Assembly: GCA_963779415.1 (NCBI GenBank)
Contig: CAVZYA010000002.1
Location: 96,001-160,000 of the forward strand
Direction of reading: 5' to 3'
DNA: 64,000 bases
DNA from: an uncultured Acidobacteriota bacterium
GTDB taxonomy: Bacteria; Acidobacteriota; Thermoanaerobaculia; UBA5066
In this document: positions 26,991 through 36,988 of the stretch, one piece after another
How positions within the stretch are numbered: position 1 is the first letter of the stretch
Layout: each line of letters opens with the position of its first letter
Program-made: the position numbers and the translations under genes
Notes under the pieces: generated by a model
The model's input: only the letters and a program-made list of their open reading frames with translations
Told to the model about the DNA's origin: nothing
The model's database searches: none

Positions 26991-28154
26991 ATGGGCCTGC
27001 TCGACAACATCAAACAGCAGATCGGCTCGCAGTTCATCGAGATCATCTCGTGGCTCGACGACACGAACGACTCGATGGTCTACCGGTTCCCCGTCTACAA
27101 CCAGGAGATCAAGATGAACGCGCAGCTGACGGTTCGCGAGAACCAGGCGGCGCTCTTCATCAACGAGGGGAAGGCGGCGGACCTCTTCGCGCCGGGCCGC
27201 TACGAGCTGACGACCCAGAACCTCCCGATCCTGACGGATCTTCGCGGCTGGAAGTACGGCTTCCAGTCCCCCTTCAAGGCGGACGTCTACTTCTTCAACA
27301 CGCGCCTCTTCACCGACTTGAAGTGGGGGACGACGAACCCCGTCATGATGCGCGACGCGGAGTTCGGGATGATCCGGCTGCGTGCCTTCGGGATCTACGC
27401 GATGAAGATCGCCGACCCGAAGACCTTCTTCGCCACCGTCGTCGGCACCCGTGGCCTGACGACGCAGGACGAGATCACCGGACAGCTCCGCTCCACGATC
27501 CTCTCGAAGCTCTCCGACGCCATCGCCGAGTCGAAGATCGCCGCGCTCGACCTCGCCTCGAAGTACGACGAGCTGTCGGGACACGGCAAGCAGATCCTCG
27601 GCCCCGAGTTCGCGGCGTTCGGCCTGGAGCTGTCGAAGTTCTTCATCGAGAACGTCTCGCTCCCCGAGGAGGTCGAGGCCGCGATCGACCAGCGGACGAA
27701 GCTGGGAGTCCTCGGCGACCGCCTCGGGCAGTTCACGCAGCTCCAGTCGGCCGAAGCGATCAAGACCGCCGCGGCCAACCCCGGCGGCATCGCGGGCGCC
27801 GGCGCCGGCCTCGGCGCCGGCCTGGCGATCGGCGGAGCGATGGGGGGCGCGTTCCAGCAGGTGGCCGGCGCGGGTGCGCCGCCGCCGGCGCCCGGCACGA
27901 CGGCGCCACCCCCGCCGCCCGGCGTCGCGGCGGCAGCGCCCCGCTGGTCGCTCACCGTGGACGGCAAGACGTACGGCCCGTACACCGAAGACGCGCTCCG
28001 GGCGATGATCGCCGCCGGACAGGTCGCGCCGGCGACGCTCGCGTGGCACCCGGGCGCTTCCGGATGGGCGCCGCTCGCGAGCTACGCCGGATTCGAGGGG
28101 GCCGCCGGAGCGGCACCGCCGCCGCCTCCCCCGCCACTCGCGCCCGGACGTTGA
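26991..28154 (+). CDS. SPFH/band 7 protein (YdjI-like) with C-terminal GYF_2-like domain
   Basis: LTVRENQAA, PGRYEL, SPFKADVYF, KWGT, LRAFG, ISLPEEV-like segment, Gly-rich helix, then GKTYGPY...WHPGASGW. Confidence 0.85.
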   Translation: MGLLDNIKQQIGSQFIEIISWLDDTNDSMVYRFPVYNQEIKMNAQLTVRENQAALFINEGKAADLFAPGRYELTTQNLPILTDLRGWKYGFQSPFKADVYFFNTRLFTDLKWGTTNPVMMRDAEFGMIRLRAFGIYAMKIADPKTFFATVVGTRGLTTQDEITGQLRSTILSKLSDAIAESKIAALDLASKYDELSGHGKQILGPEFAAFGLELSKFFIENVSLPEEVEAAIDQRTKLGVLGDRLGQFTQLQSAEAIKTAAANPGGIAGAGAGLGAGLAIGGAMGGAFQQVAGAGAPPPAPGTTAPPPPPGVAAAAPRWSLTVDGKTYGPYTEDALRAMIAAGQVAPATLAWHPGASGWAPLASYAGFEGAAGAAPPPPPPPLAPGR

Positions 28155-29203
28155 CGACCGAAGCCGGCCTTCGGAAGTTTCCCTGCGCGGCCTGCGGGGC
28201 CGACGTCGTCTGGAATCCCGGCGCCGAAGCGCTGAAGTGCCCGTACTGCGGGACCGTCCGCGCGGTCCCGCAGAAGCACGGCGAGGTAGTCGAGAGGCCG
28301 ATCGAGGAGGGGCTTCGTGCCCCGCGGGATCTCGGCTGGGGAACGGAGCGGAAGACGGTCCGCTGCCAGCGTTGCGGCGCCTCGCAATCATTCGGGCCGG
28401 GAATCGCCGCGTCGCGCTGCGCCTTCTGCGGGACCCCGGCCGTCGTGGAGGCTCCCGCTTCCGGCACGATGGTCCGTCCGGAGGGGCTTCTCCCCTTCAA
28501 GGTCGGCCTCGATCAGGCGGCGGGAATGTTCCGCGGCTGGCTCTCGCGTCTCTGGTTCCGGCCGAAGGACCTCGGCGAGAACGCCTCCCTCTCCTCCCTG
28601 CAGGGGGTCTACGTTCCCTTCTGGACCTTCGACGCCGCGACGCACTCCGAGTGGGAGGCGGAGGCGGGGACGCCGTATCAGGTGAGCGTCGGGGGACGGA
28701 CCGAGACCCGGGTCCGATGGGAGCCGGTTTCCGGCTTCCTCGAGAAGTTCTTCGACGATCTCCCCGTCGCCGCCTCGCGGGGGATTCCCCGCGATCTACT
28801 TCCTGACCTCGAGCCGTTTCCGACGAAGGACTTCGTCCCGTACGACCCGTCGTTCCTCTCGGGATTCCTCGCCGAGGAGATCGCCGTCGATCTCCCCGAC
28901 GCTCTTCGCGAGGCGCGGGCCCGGATGGAGCGCGAAATCCGGAGCGCCTGCGCGGGCCAGATTCCAGCGCCGATGCACCGCGGCCTCGAAGTCCGGACGG
29001 CCTGGTCGGGTCTCGCCTACAAGAGCGGGCTCTTCCCGATCTGGATCGCGGCGTACGACTACCGCGGCACTCCGTACCGCTTCCTCGTCAACGGCGTCAC
29101 CGGAAGGATCTCGGGGAAGGCCCCGTGGTCGCTCGTGAAGATCGCTTTCGCCCTTCTCGCCGCCATCCTCGTCCTCCTCCTCTTCTCGATGCTCTCGAAA
29201 TGA
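28151..29203 (+). CDS. Double Zn-ribbon membrane protein associated with the SPFH gene
   Basis: CAACG, CPYCG, CQRCG and CAFCG knuckles, YVPFW, VNGVTG and a C-terminal TM; TTG start overlaps the SPFH stop. Confidence 0.8.
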   Translation: MTTEAGLRKFPCAACGADVVWNPGAEALKCPYCGTVRAVPQKHGEVVERPIEEGLRAPRDLGWGTERKTVRCQRCGASQSFGPGIAASRCAFCGTPAVVEAPASGTMVRPEGLLPFKVGLDQAAGMFRGWLSRLWFRPKDLGENASLSSLQGVYVPFWTFDAATHSEWEAEAGTPYQVSVGGRTETRVRWEPVSGFLEKFFDDLPVAASRGIPRDLLPDLEPFPTKDFVPYDPSFLSGFLAEEIAVDLPDALREARARMEREIRSACAGQIPAPMHRGLEVRTAWSGLAYKSGLFPIWIAAYDYRGTPYRFLVNGVTGRISGKAPWSLVKIAFALLAAILVLLLFSMLSK

Positions 29204-29216
29204 CGGGATCGCAAAG

Positions 29217-30194
29217 ATGACCCAAGGAGCCCAGATGCCCCGACGCCCTCTTGTTCTCGCCGGACTCGTCGTCATCTTCCTCTCCGCGCGCGCGCATTCC
29301 GGGACACCTTCCGCGGGCCCCGCCGGCCTCGCGGGAAGATGGGCGCTGGCCGAGGAGGCGAGCGACAACCCGGTCACCTCCGCCGAAAGGCCGGCCCCGA
29401 GCGCGGGTCAGGGGGGTCGCGGAGGGCGCGGCGGCTCCCGCGGCACGTCCGTCACGGCGATGGACCTCCCGCTGGAGGCGGTCACCGACGCCCAGCACCT
29501 CGTGATCAGGGATGACGGTTTCGAGATCCGGATCACCTACCCGGACGGTCGGACGCGGACCTTCTTCACGGACGGGGAGGAGCGCGAGCTGGACGACGGA
29601 GACGGGCCGGCGAAGGTCACGGCAAAGGTGAAGGGGAGCGGGCGCGAGAAGATCGTCGTCTCCTCGACCTGGTCCGAAGGGAACCATCTCAAGGAGACGT
29701 GGGAGCTCCAGACGAATCCTCGCCGTCTCGTCGTCGAAGGGAGCGCCAAGGGACGCCAATCCTTCAGCTACAGGCGGGTGTATCTGCCGGCACCCGATCT
29801 GCCGCCGCCGGCGAAGCCCACTCCCGTGATCGCGGCCGTCCCGACGGCGGCCCCGGCCGCCGACGGCCCGTCGGCTCCGACTCCGGCTCCGGCCGCGTCC
29901 GTCCCGGCGGGCACGAAGCCCGAGTGCTCGATCCGCCCGCCGCGGGGGACGAGCCCCGAAGAGCTGGCCCGGATGGCGAAGATCACGGCCGAGGAGGCCG
30001 AGCGCCGGGCCGTCGCGTCGGTGGCGCCGCAAAAGGTCGGGTCCGTCATCTCCTCGAGCCCGGAGGTCCAGGACGGCTGCCTCGTCTGGCCGTTCGACCT
30101 GCGTCTCCCCGACAAAGGGGGCGTTCAGGAGGTCTTCATCGACGCGGGGGACGGCAAAGTCCTCTACTCGAACTTCGAGAGCTCCGGAAAGTAG
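29217..30194 (+). CDS. Exported protein with a Pro/Ala linker and C-terminal PepSY-like domain
   Basis: Signal peptide; AKITAEEAERRA...EVFIDAGDGKVL. Confidence 0.6.
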   Translation: MTQGAQMPRRPLVLAGLVVIFLSARAHSGTPSAGPAGLAGRWALAEEASDNPVTSAERPAPSAGQGGRGGRGGSRGTSVTAMDLPLEAVTDAQHLVIRDDGFEIRITYPDGRTRTFFTDGEERELDDGDGPAKVTAKVKGSGREKIVVSSTWSEGNHLKETWELQTNPRRLVVEGSAKGRQSFSYRRVYLPAPDLPPPAKPTPVIAAVPTAAPAADGPSAPTPAPAASVPAGTKPECSIRPPRGTSPEELARMAKITAEEAERRAVASVAPQKVGSVISSSPEVQDGCLVWPFDLRLPDKGGVQEVFIDAGDGKVLYSNFESSGK

Positions 30195-30218
30195 AGACGG
30201 AGCCGTCGCAGGAGGCGA

Positions 30219-32404
30219 TTACTTCGCCGGGAACCCCATCTCCTGAAGGAGGTTCGTCGCCCCGTCGACCTCGGTCATGACCCAGAGCATGTTCCGGGTG
30301 TCGACGTGGATGGAGCGGGTCTTCTCCTTGTCGAAGAGGTAGTCCGAGGCGACCGTGTCGAAGGTGCCGTCGAAGAGGAGGCCGACGAGCTCTCCCTTGC
30401 CGTTGAGGGTGGCCGAGCCGGAGTTGCCGCCGGTCGTGTCGACGTCCGAGAGGAAGTCGACCGGGACGTCCTTCAGCTTCGGGTCGAGGTACGGGGTCGG
30501 CTTGCCGCCGAGGACGGCCTTGATGGCGTCGAGCTCCGCCTTCGGGGCGTTGAACTCGCCGCTCCCGGTCGCCTTCTCGAGAATCCCCTTCAGCGTCGTC
30601 TGGGGGAGATAGAAGATCCCGTCGCGCGGCTCGACCCCCTTCACGGTCCCGTACGTCACGCGGAGAGTGGAGTTCGCGTCGGGAGCGACGAGGCCGCCGC
30701 TCTTCGCGAGAAGCGCCTCGGCGTACGAGCGGTCCGAGGCGGTACATCGCGCCGGCAGCGCTCCTTCGTCTTCTCGCGGTTCGCCTCCTGCATCGGGTAG
30801 AGCGCGGCGGCGAGCGTCAGCATCGAGTCCTTCGTCGCGACGATCTCGGCCGTCGACCTGTCGAAGAGCGACATCCGGAACTCCTTGTCGTACATCTTCG
30901 TCCCGGCGTAGAGCTTGTCGAGCCAGGCGTCGCAGGCTCTGGCGGCGTCCGCCTCGCTCATCCCGGGCGCAAGGCCGATCTCCCGGTCGAGGGGCTCGAT
31001 CCGCTGGCCGGCGGGGAGCTTCGCGATGTCGGCAAGGGAGTAGCGCATCAGCGCGCGGTCGGCCTTCGGGGAGAGCGTCCGCTGGGCCCGCTCCTGGCTT
31101 TCGCGCAGACGGGACCAGTTTCGCTCCTGGAAGGCCGGGTCGCGGTCGGCGTCCTTCTTCGGCTTCTCGACGGAGAAGCGGTAGAGCGTCTGTGCCGAGC
31201 CGAGCGCCGAGCCCATGATCCCCGCCATCTCGGCGAGGAGGGCGTCGCGCTCACGGCTCTTCGTCCGGTCGGCGACGAGCGCGTTGATGGCCGGAAGGGC
31301 GCTTCCGTACTTCGCCTTGCGGGCCGCGTCGGCGTCGATCCACTTCACGAAGTCCTTCTCCTGGGCCTCCTTCTCCGCGAGAAGGCCCCCCTTGACCATC
31401 CCCTGAAGGACCCCCTTGTTCTTCGTCAGGCCGTTGTTGAGGCCGCGGATCGACTGCGCGACGCGGAGCGCCGTCTCCTTGTCGTCCTTTCCGAGGGCTT
31501 CGAGGATCGCGATCCGGTCCGTGTATCGCTTGATCGCCCGGGGGAGCGTCCACTCCACGGTCTCCTTCACCTCGGAGTACGGGATCAGCCGGTAGGTGCG
31601 CCCCGGATAGCCCGCGACGAAGACGAGCTCACCCGGGGAAGCGCCTTTCGGAGAGACCTTGAGGAAGTGCTTCGGCCTGTACGGGACGTTTTCCTTCGCG
31701 TACGGGACGGCCTTCCCCTCCTTCGAGACGTAGGCGCGGTAGAACGAGAAGTCGCCCGTGTGGCGCGGCCATTGCCAGTTGTCGGTCTCGCCGCCGAAGT
31801 TCCCGATCCCTTGGGCCGGGGCGTAGACGAGGCGGACGTCCTGGATCTCCATCTGCCCGATCTCGTACCACTTCGCCCCCTCGAAGAACGGGGCGACCGT
31901 GCAGCGGAGGCCGTCCTTCTCGCAGGAGGCGGTCTGCGCCTTGACGCGCTGCTCGACGATGTCGTACCGCTTCCGGTCGGCCGTCTTCGGGTCGATCTTC
32001 CCCATGATGGCGTCGGTGACATCCTTCACGGAGACCGTCACGAGGACCCGCGAGCCGGGCCCGTTCCAGAGCTCCTCCTCGCGCGTCTTCGCGAGGTAAC
32101 CGTCGATCATCAGGTTCCGGTCCGGCTTCGAGTTGTACTGGAGCGCCCCCTGGACGCAGTGATTGTTCGTGACGATGAGCCCTTCGGGCGAGACGAACGA
32201 GGCGCTGCAGCCGCCGAGCGAGACGATGGCTCCCATCGGGAAGCCGGTCAGGTCGGCGAAGCTCCTGGCGTCCCCGGTGAATCCCGCCGCCTTCAGCCGG
32301 TCGGCGAGCGCGGGGATCTGCTGGGGCATCCACATCCCCTCGTCGGAAGCGGCCCGGAAAGCCGCAACAAAGGCGAGAACAGACATGAGCAAGAGACGTT
32401 TCAT
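30219..32404 (-). CDS. S46 dipeptidyl peptidase (DPP7/DAP BII-like), frameshifted near 30720-30765
   Basis: DEGMW, GGCSASFVS, TNNHC, DNWQWPRHTGDF, DANSTLR, TTGGNSGS and GLLFDG (Gly at the S1 position). Confidence 0.92.
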
Positions 32405-32544
32405 CGGTTCCTCCGCCCCGGACGAGGGGCCGAGAATTGTCGCGTCGCGCCCGACTCCTTCTCCATGATCAAAATGTATGGCTTCGCGTCGCCCTCCATC
32501 CTCCTCGCCCGGGGCGCGGGGGGAGAGGGCCTACAATCGTCGCC

Positions 32545-33462
32545 GTGACGCCGCCCGCCCTCCCGCGCGACCTGCGCGAGGCGCTCGACGAACTCTTGAC
32601 GCGGGCCTTCGCCGAGGACGGCGAGGATGTCACTTCCCTCGCGGTCTTCGGGCCCAAGTCCCGCGTTTCGGCGGCCATGGTCTGCCGCGAGCGGGCCGTC
32701 GCCTGCGGGACGGCCTTCCTCCCCCGCCTCTTCGCCTTTCTCCACCCCCCCGCCACCGTCCATCTCCTCGTGGCCGACGGGACCCGTGTGGCGAAGGGAG
32801 CCGTTCTCGCCCGGATCGAGGGGCCCGCCATCACCGTCCTCGCCGCCGAGCGGACGGCGCTCAATCTCGTGCAGCGCCTCTCGGGAATCGCGACGCTGAC
32901 CCGCGATTACGTCGAGGCGCTCCGCGGGACGAAAACGGTCCTCCTCGACACGCGGAAGACGACGCCCGGCCTCCGCGTCCTCGAGCGGTATGCCGTCCGG
33001 TGCGGCGGCGGGACGAACCACCGCTTCGGCCTCGCGCACGGGTTCCTCGTGAAGGACAACCACGCCGACGGCGCCGGGAGCGTCTGGGAGGCGACGCGTC
33101 GCGTCGCCGACTTCCGCGCCCTGAACCCGCGCCTCAGGCACCACCTCCTCGAAGCCGAGGCCCGGACGCTCGACGAGGTGCACCAGGCGCTCGACGCGGG
33201 AGCCGGGCGGGTCCTTCTCGACAACATGACCGTTCCCGCGATGCGCCGCGCTGTCCGCGACGTCCGGCTCTTCTCGGAGGCGACGGGGCATTCCGTCTCC
33301 GTCGAGGCCTCGGGAGGCATGACCCCGGAGAAGGCGCGCGCCGCCGCGCGGGCGGGCGTCGACTTCGTCTCGGCGGGGGCGCTCACGCACTCCGCCAGGG
33401 GCCTGGACGTGGCGCTCGACGTCGTCCCGGCCGCGCCCTCCCGGAAGGCCCGCCGGTCGTGA
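32545..33462 (+). CDS. nadC: Quinolinate phosphoribosyltransferase
   Basis: ERTALN, DTRKTTPG, NHRFGL, KDNH, LLDN, EASGG and GALTHS. Confidence 0.95.
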   Translation: MTPPALPRDLREALDELLTRAFAEDGEDVTSLAVFGPKSRVSAAMVCRERAVACGTAFLPRLFAFLHPPATVHLLVADGTRVAKGAVLARIEGPAITVLAAERTALNLVQRLSGIATLTRDYVEALRGTKTVLLDTRKTTPGLRVLERYAVRCGGGTNHRFGLAHGFLVKDNHADGAGSVWEATRRVADFRALNPRLRHHLLEAEARTLDEVHQALDAGAGRVLLDNMTVPAMRRAVRDVRLFSEATGHSVSVEASGGMTPEKARAAARAGVDFVSAGALTHSARGLDVALDVVPAAPSRKARRS

Positions 33463-35063
33463 CGGTCCCGTCCTTCCCGGACCGTTTCCGCGTCCCGGTC
33501 CTCGTCCTCGGCTCCGGGATCGCCGGCCTCTCCGCGGCGTTCTCGCTGGCACGGCGGGGCGTGAAGGTCCTCGTCGTCACGAAGGCCGCGGACCCGGCCG
33601 AGTGCAACACGGCGTGGGCGCAGGGGGGGATCATCTATTTCGGGAAGAAGGACTCCCCCGCCTCCCTCGTCCGGGACATCCTCCAGGCCGGCGCCGGCCT
33701 CTGCAATCCGGACGCCGTGCGCCACCTCGCGACCGAGGGGCCGCGGATCGTCAAGAGCATCCTGATCGAGGAAGCGGGCGTCCCCTTCTCGCGGACGCGC
33801 GGCGGCGACCTCGACTTCACGCGCGAGGGAGCGCACTCCGTTCCGCGGATCGTCCACGCCGCGGACGCGACCGGCCTCGCCATCGAGACGGCCCTCCTCG
33901 CCCGCGTCCGGCGCGAAAAGAGGATCACGATCCTCTCCGGGGCGACGGCCATCGACCTGATCACGGCCCGCCACCATTCGACCGACGTCGCCCAGCGCTA
34001 CGCCCTCCAGGACCCCTGTCTCGGGGCGTACGTCCTCGACGCGAAGGGGAAGGTCCACACGATCCTCTCGGACTTCACGGTCCTCGCGACCGGGGGCGTC
34101 GGGCGGCTCTTCGTCCACACGACGAACACGACGCACGCCATCGGGGACGGCCTCTCCATGGCCGACCGCGCCGGTGCGGCGACGCTGAACCTCGAGTACG
34201 TCCAGTTCCACCCGACGACTCTTTACCACCCCGACGCCGAGCGCTTTCTCATCTCCGAATCGCTCCGCGGCGAGGGAGCCGTTCTCGTCAACCGGGCGGG
34301 TGAGGCGTTCATGAGCCGGTACGACCGGCGGGGCGGCCTCGCGCCGCGCGACGTCGTGACCCGGGCCATCGTCGAGGAGATGACGAGCCGGAGCGAGCCC
34401 TGCGTCTACCTCGACCTCGCCCACCACTACCTCGGCAAGGGGCGGCTCTCGATCCCCGAGCGCTTTCCGACGATCGCGGCCACCTGCGCCACGTTCGGGA
34501 TCGACATCGCGAAGGAGCCGATTCCGGTCGTCCCCGCGGCGCACTATTTCTGCGGCGGAGTCCTCGCGGACCTCGAGGGGCGAACGACGATCCGCCACCT
34601 CTACGCCGTCGGCGAGACGAGCTGCACGGGGCTCCACGGCGCGAACCGCCTCGCCTCGACCTCGCTCCTCGAGGGGCTCGTCTGGGGGACCCACGCCGGG
34701 ACGTCGATCGCGGCGCGCCTCGCCCGAAGCGAGGCGCATTCCCGCGCGCTCTTCGACGCGATCCCGGACTGGAAGTCCCCCGGCGACGCGCAGAACGAGG
34801 ACCCGGCGCTCCTCCAGCAGGACTGGGCGACGATCCGGTCGACGATGTGGAACTACGTCGGCATCGTCCGGACAAAGGCACGCCTCGCGCGCGCCGTGGC
34901 GGACCTGCGCGACCTCGAGAAGCGGATCCTCCGCTTCTACCAGGTGACCAAGGTGTCGAAGGCCATCGTCGACCTCTTCCACGGCGTCCGCGCCGCGAGC
35001 CTCATCGCCCAGTCCGCCTTCAAGAACCCGGTCTCCCGCGGCTGCCACTACCGGAAGAGCTGA
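33459..35063 (+). CDS. nadB: L-aspartate oxidase
   Basis: GSGIAG, WAQGGI, REGAHS, QFHPT, LISESLRGEG, LAPRD, PAAHY and GLHGANRLAS. Confidence 0.95.
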   Translation: MTVPSFPDRFRVPVLVLGSGIAGLSAAFSLARRGVKVLVVTKAADPAECNTAWAQGGIIYFGKKDSPASLVRDILQAGAGLCNPDAVRHLATEGPRIVKSILIEEAGVPFSRTRGGDLDFTREGAHSVPRIVHAADATGLAIETALLARVRREKRITILSGATAIDLITARHHSTDVAQRYALQDPCLGAYVLDAKGKVHTILSDFTVLATGGVGRLFVHTTNTTHAIGDGLSMADRAGAATLNLEYVQFHPTTLYHPDAERFLISESLRGEGAVLVNRAGEAFMSRYDRRGGLAPRDVVTRAIVEEMTSRSEPCVYLDLAHHYLGKGRLSIPERFPTIAATCATFGIDIAKEPIPVVPAAHYFCGGVLADLEGRTTIRHLYAVGETSCTGLHGANRLASTSLLEGLVWGTHAGTSIAARLARSEAHSRALFDAIPDWKSPGDAQNEDPALLQQDWATIRSTMWNYVGIVRTKARLARAVADLRDLEKRILRFYQVTKVSKAIVDLFHGVRAASLIAQSAFKNPVSRGCHYRKS

Positions 35064-35186
35064 AGGAACCCGGGGTAACATCTTCTCCACCGAAAGAGTT
35101 CGATATCGATTCATCCACGCGCCGCCTCCCGGATACGCTGCACTCGCTGCAGCCCAAGCACTTTCTCCGGGTGGGGCCGAATACTT

Positions 35187-35748
35187 GTTAGGGCGCTTAT
35201 GCGACTCCGCGCACTGGGACTCTTATGCGGTCTGATCGCCTCGCTACCGCTGCAAGCCGATTTTGAAAAGCTCGCCATTCCCGGCGACGAGGGGATGTGC
35301 CTCTACTGGTGGCCGAAACTTCCATCCGTCAAAGGCTGGCATCACGATCGAGAGCACAGCGTTCACTACAGCATGAATGCTCTCGCTCCAGACGGAGCCA
35401 CGTTTGCTACGGCCGAGGCCGTCATCTACGCCCAGGCGATCTACAAGCCGCGTGAGCCCGAAACGAAGTCGGTTCAGATGCTGATCGACAGGGACAAGAA
35501 GGATTTCCTCGCGCAGACCCCAGACTTGGCGATCTCCGAGGTCGATCCGCTAGTCGACGGCGATGGAAGAGCGCTCCGGTCCGTAACGCGCTTTCCTCAG
35601 ACCGCCGGAAGTTGGGAATTCGTGAGCTACGGAGAGGAAGGGGACTTCTACCTTATTTTCTGCGTCAGTTCGCGGTCCAAGACCGGCTATGATGCCGCGC
35701 TTCCGGCCTACAGGGACCTGATTCGGCGTTACAAGAAAGCGCCCTAAC
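35187..35748 (+). mobile_element. Solitary integron-like gene cassette
   Basis: GTTAGGGCGCTT (35187-35198) and AAGCGCCCTAAC (35737-35748) form a perfect 12-bp inverted pair resembling core and inverse-core sites; they tightly bracket one lower-GC ORF whose TAA lies in the inverse core. Confidence 0.7.
35199..35747 (+). CDS. Hypothetical exported protein (cassette cargo)
   Basis: Signal peptide, visibly lower GC than flanking genes, no recognised family. Confidence 0.75.
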   Translation: MRLRALGLLCGLIASLPLQADFEKLAIPGDEGMCLYWWPKLPSVKGWHHDREHSVHYSMNALAPDGATFATAEAVIYAQAIYKPREPETKSVQMLIDRDKKDFLAQTPDLAISEVDPLVDGDGRALRSVTRFPQTAGSWEFVSYGEEGDFYLIFCVSSRSKTGYDAALPAYRDLIRRYKKAP

Positions 35749-35899
35749 CCCGTATCTGGACTCCTCATGTTGGTCAAGCGAGGGTGGTGTCTGATCTTCT
35801 CCTTCTAAGCAGAGCGACGTTTGGACAGTCGAAGGTCTTGCCGCGTTCGATCGAGCGAAGCGGGAGAAGCGTGGGGTCTCAACGGCACAAGGGGTTCTA

Positions 35900-35927
35900 G
35901 GGTCAGGTCTTGCACCTCTATTCTGCA
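35900..35927. repeat. REP-like half-site GGGTCAGGTCTTGCA
   Basis: Resembles, from memory, palindromic repeats found beside Y1/RAYT transposases; the second arm is truncated after TGCA. Confidence 0.4.
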
Positions 35928-36086
35928 TCCCTCTTGACCTCTGCCCTGGAGTTCTATCGAGAGCGCCTACGAACCGCGGCGACCTTCTTCGGCAAGATGT
36001 CCGCCTCGGAGGGGATCACGGTCGCGACACACCATCGCCGGCACCGCCGCCGCCAGATCCTCGGCGCGTAGATCGCCCGCCGGCGG

Positions 36087-36986
36087 TCACTCCGGCACGA
36101 CGACGTTCACCCGCCCGAGCGCGGGGCCGACCGCGAGCGGGGTCGTGCCGCACCCCTCGCCGTCCACCTGCACCTCCACCTCGTAGCCGGCGAGGGACCG
36201 GACGCGGAACTCGCGGGCCGGGAAGCGGACGACGCCGGGGAGCGAGAGCTGGCCGGCCCTCTTCTGCGAAAGGAGCTGGTAGAAGCGGAAGAGGGTGACG
36301 CGCGAAGCGCTCGTGAAGAGGACGACGTCGAGAAGGTCGTCCCCGGGGTCGGCGTACGGAGAAAGGATGGGGTTTCCGGCGTAGCGCTTCGTGTTGGCCG
36401 CCACGAGGAACGTCGCCTCGCGCCGGAACGTCCTTCCCTCCGCGTCGATCCCTTCGATCTCGAGGCGCGGGAACTCGTACGTCAGCCACTCCTTCGTCGA
36501 GGTCCACGCGTAGCCGATTCGCCCGAGGAGCTTCTTCAGAAGAGGCGGGAAGTGCGTCATCACGCGCGCGTCGAAGCCGGCCCCGACGCAGAGGACGGAG
36601 GGCCGCCCTGCGGCGGGAAAGACGGCGAGCGGCCGCCGGGCCGTCGAAAGGAGATGCCGCTCGGCGACGTCGAGTCCGGGGCCGACGCCGTACTCGCGCG
36701 AGACGACGCTCGTCGTCCCGGTCGGAAGGAGGGCCAGCGGGACTTCCGTCCCGACGAGGGCGGCCGCGACCTCCGCCATGGTCGTGTCGCCTCCGGCGAC
36801 GACGATGACGTCGGGCCTCTCGGCGAGCATCCGCCGGGCGATCTCCGTCGCGCTCCCCGGCCCCGTCGTCGGCGCCTCACGGAGGAGAAGGCCGCGCCCC
36901 CTGGCCCTCTCGGCGATCGCACGAAGCTCCGGCACCCGCTTCCCGCCTCCGGCAACGGGATTGAAGATGAGCACTCCTTGCCGCAC
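36087..36986 (-). CDS. Diacylglycerol kinase family lipid kinase (YegS-like)
   Basis: IFNPVAG, VAGGDTT, LPTGT, GAGFDA and QVDGE. Confidence 0.88.
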   Translation of the reverse strand: MRQGVLIFNPVAGGGKRVPELRAIAERARGRGLLLREAPTTGPGSATEIARRMLAERPDVIVVAGGDTTMAEVAAALVGTEVPLALLPTGTTSVVSREYGVGPGLDVAERHLLSTARRPLAVFPAAGRPSVLCVGAGFDARVMTHFPPLLKKLLGRIGYAWTSTKEWLTYEFPRLEIEGIDAEGRTFRREATFLVAANTKRYAGNPILSPYADPGDDLLDVVLFTSASRVTLFRFYQLLSQKRAGQLSLPGVVRFPAREFRVRSLAGYEVEVQVDGEGCGTTPLAVGPALGRVNVVVPE

Positions 36987-36988
36987 GG

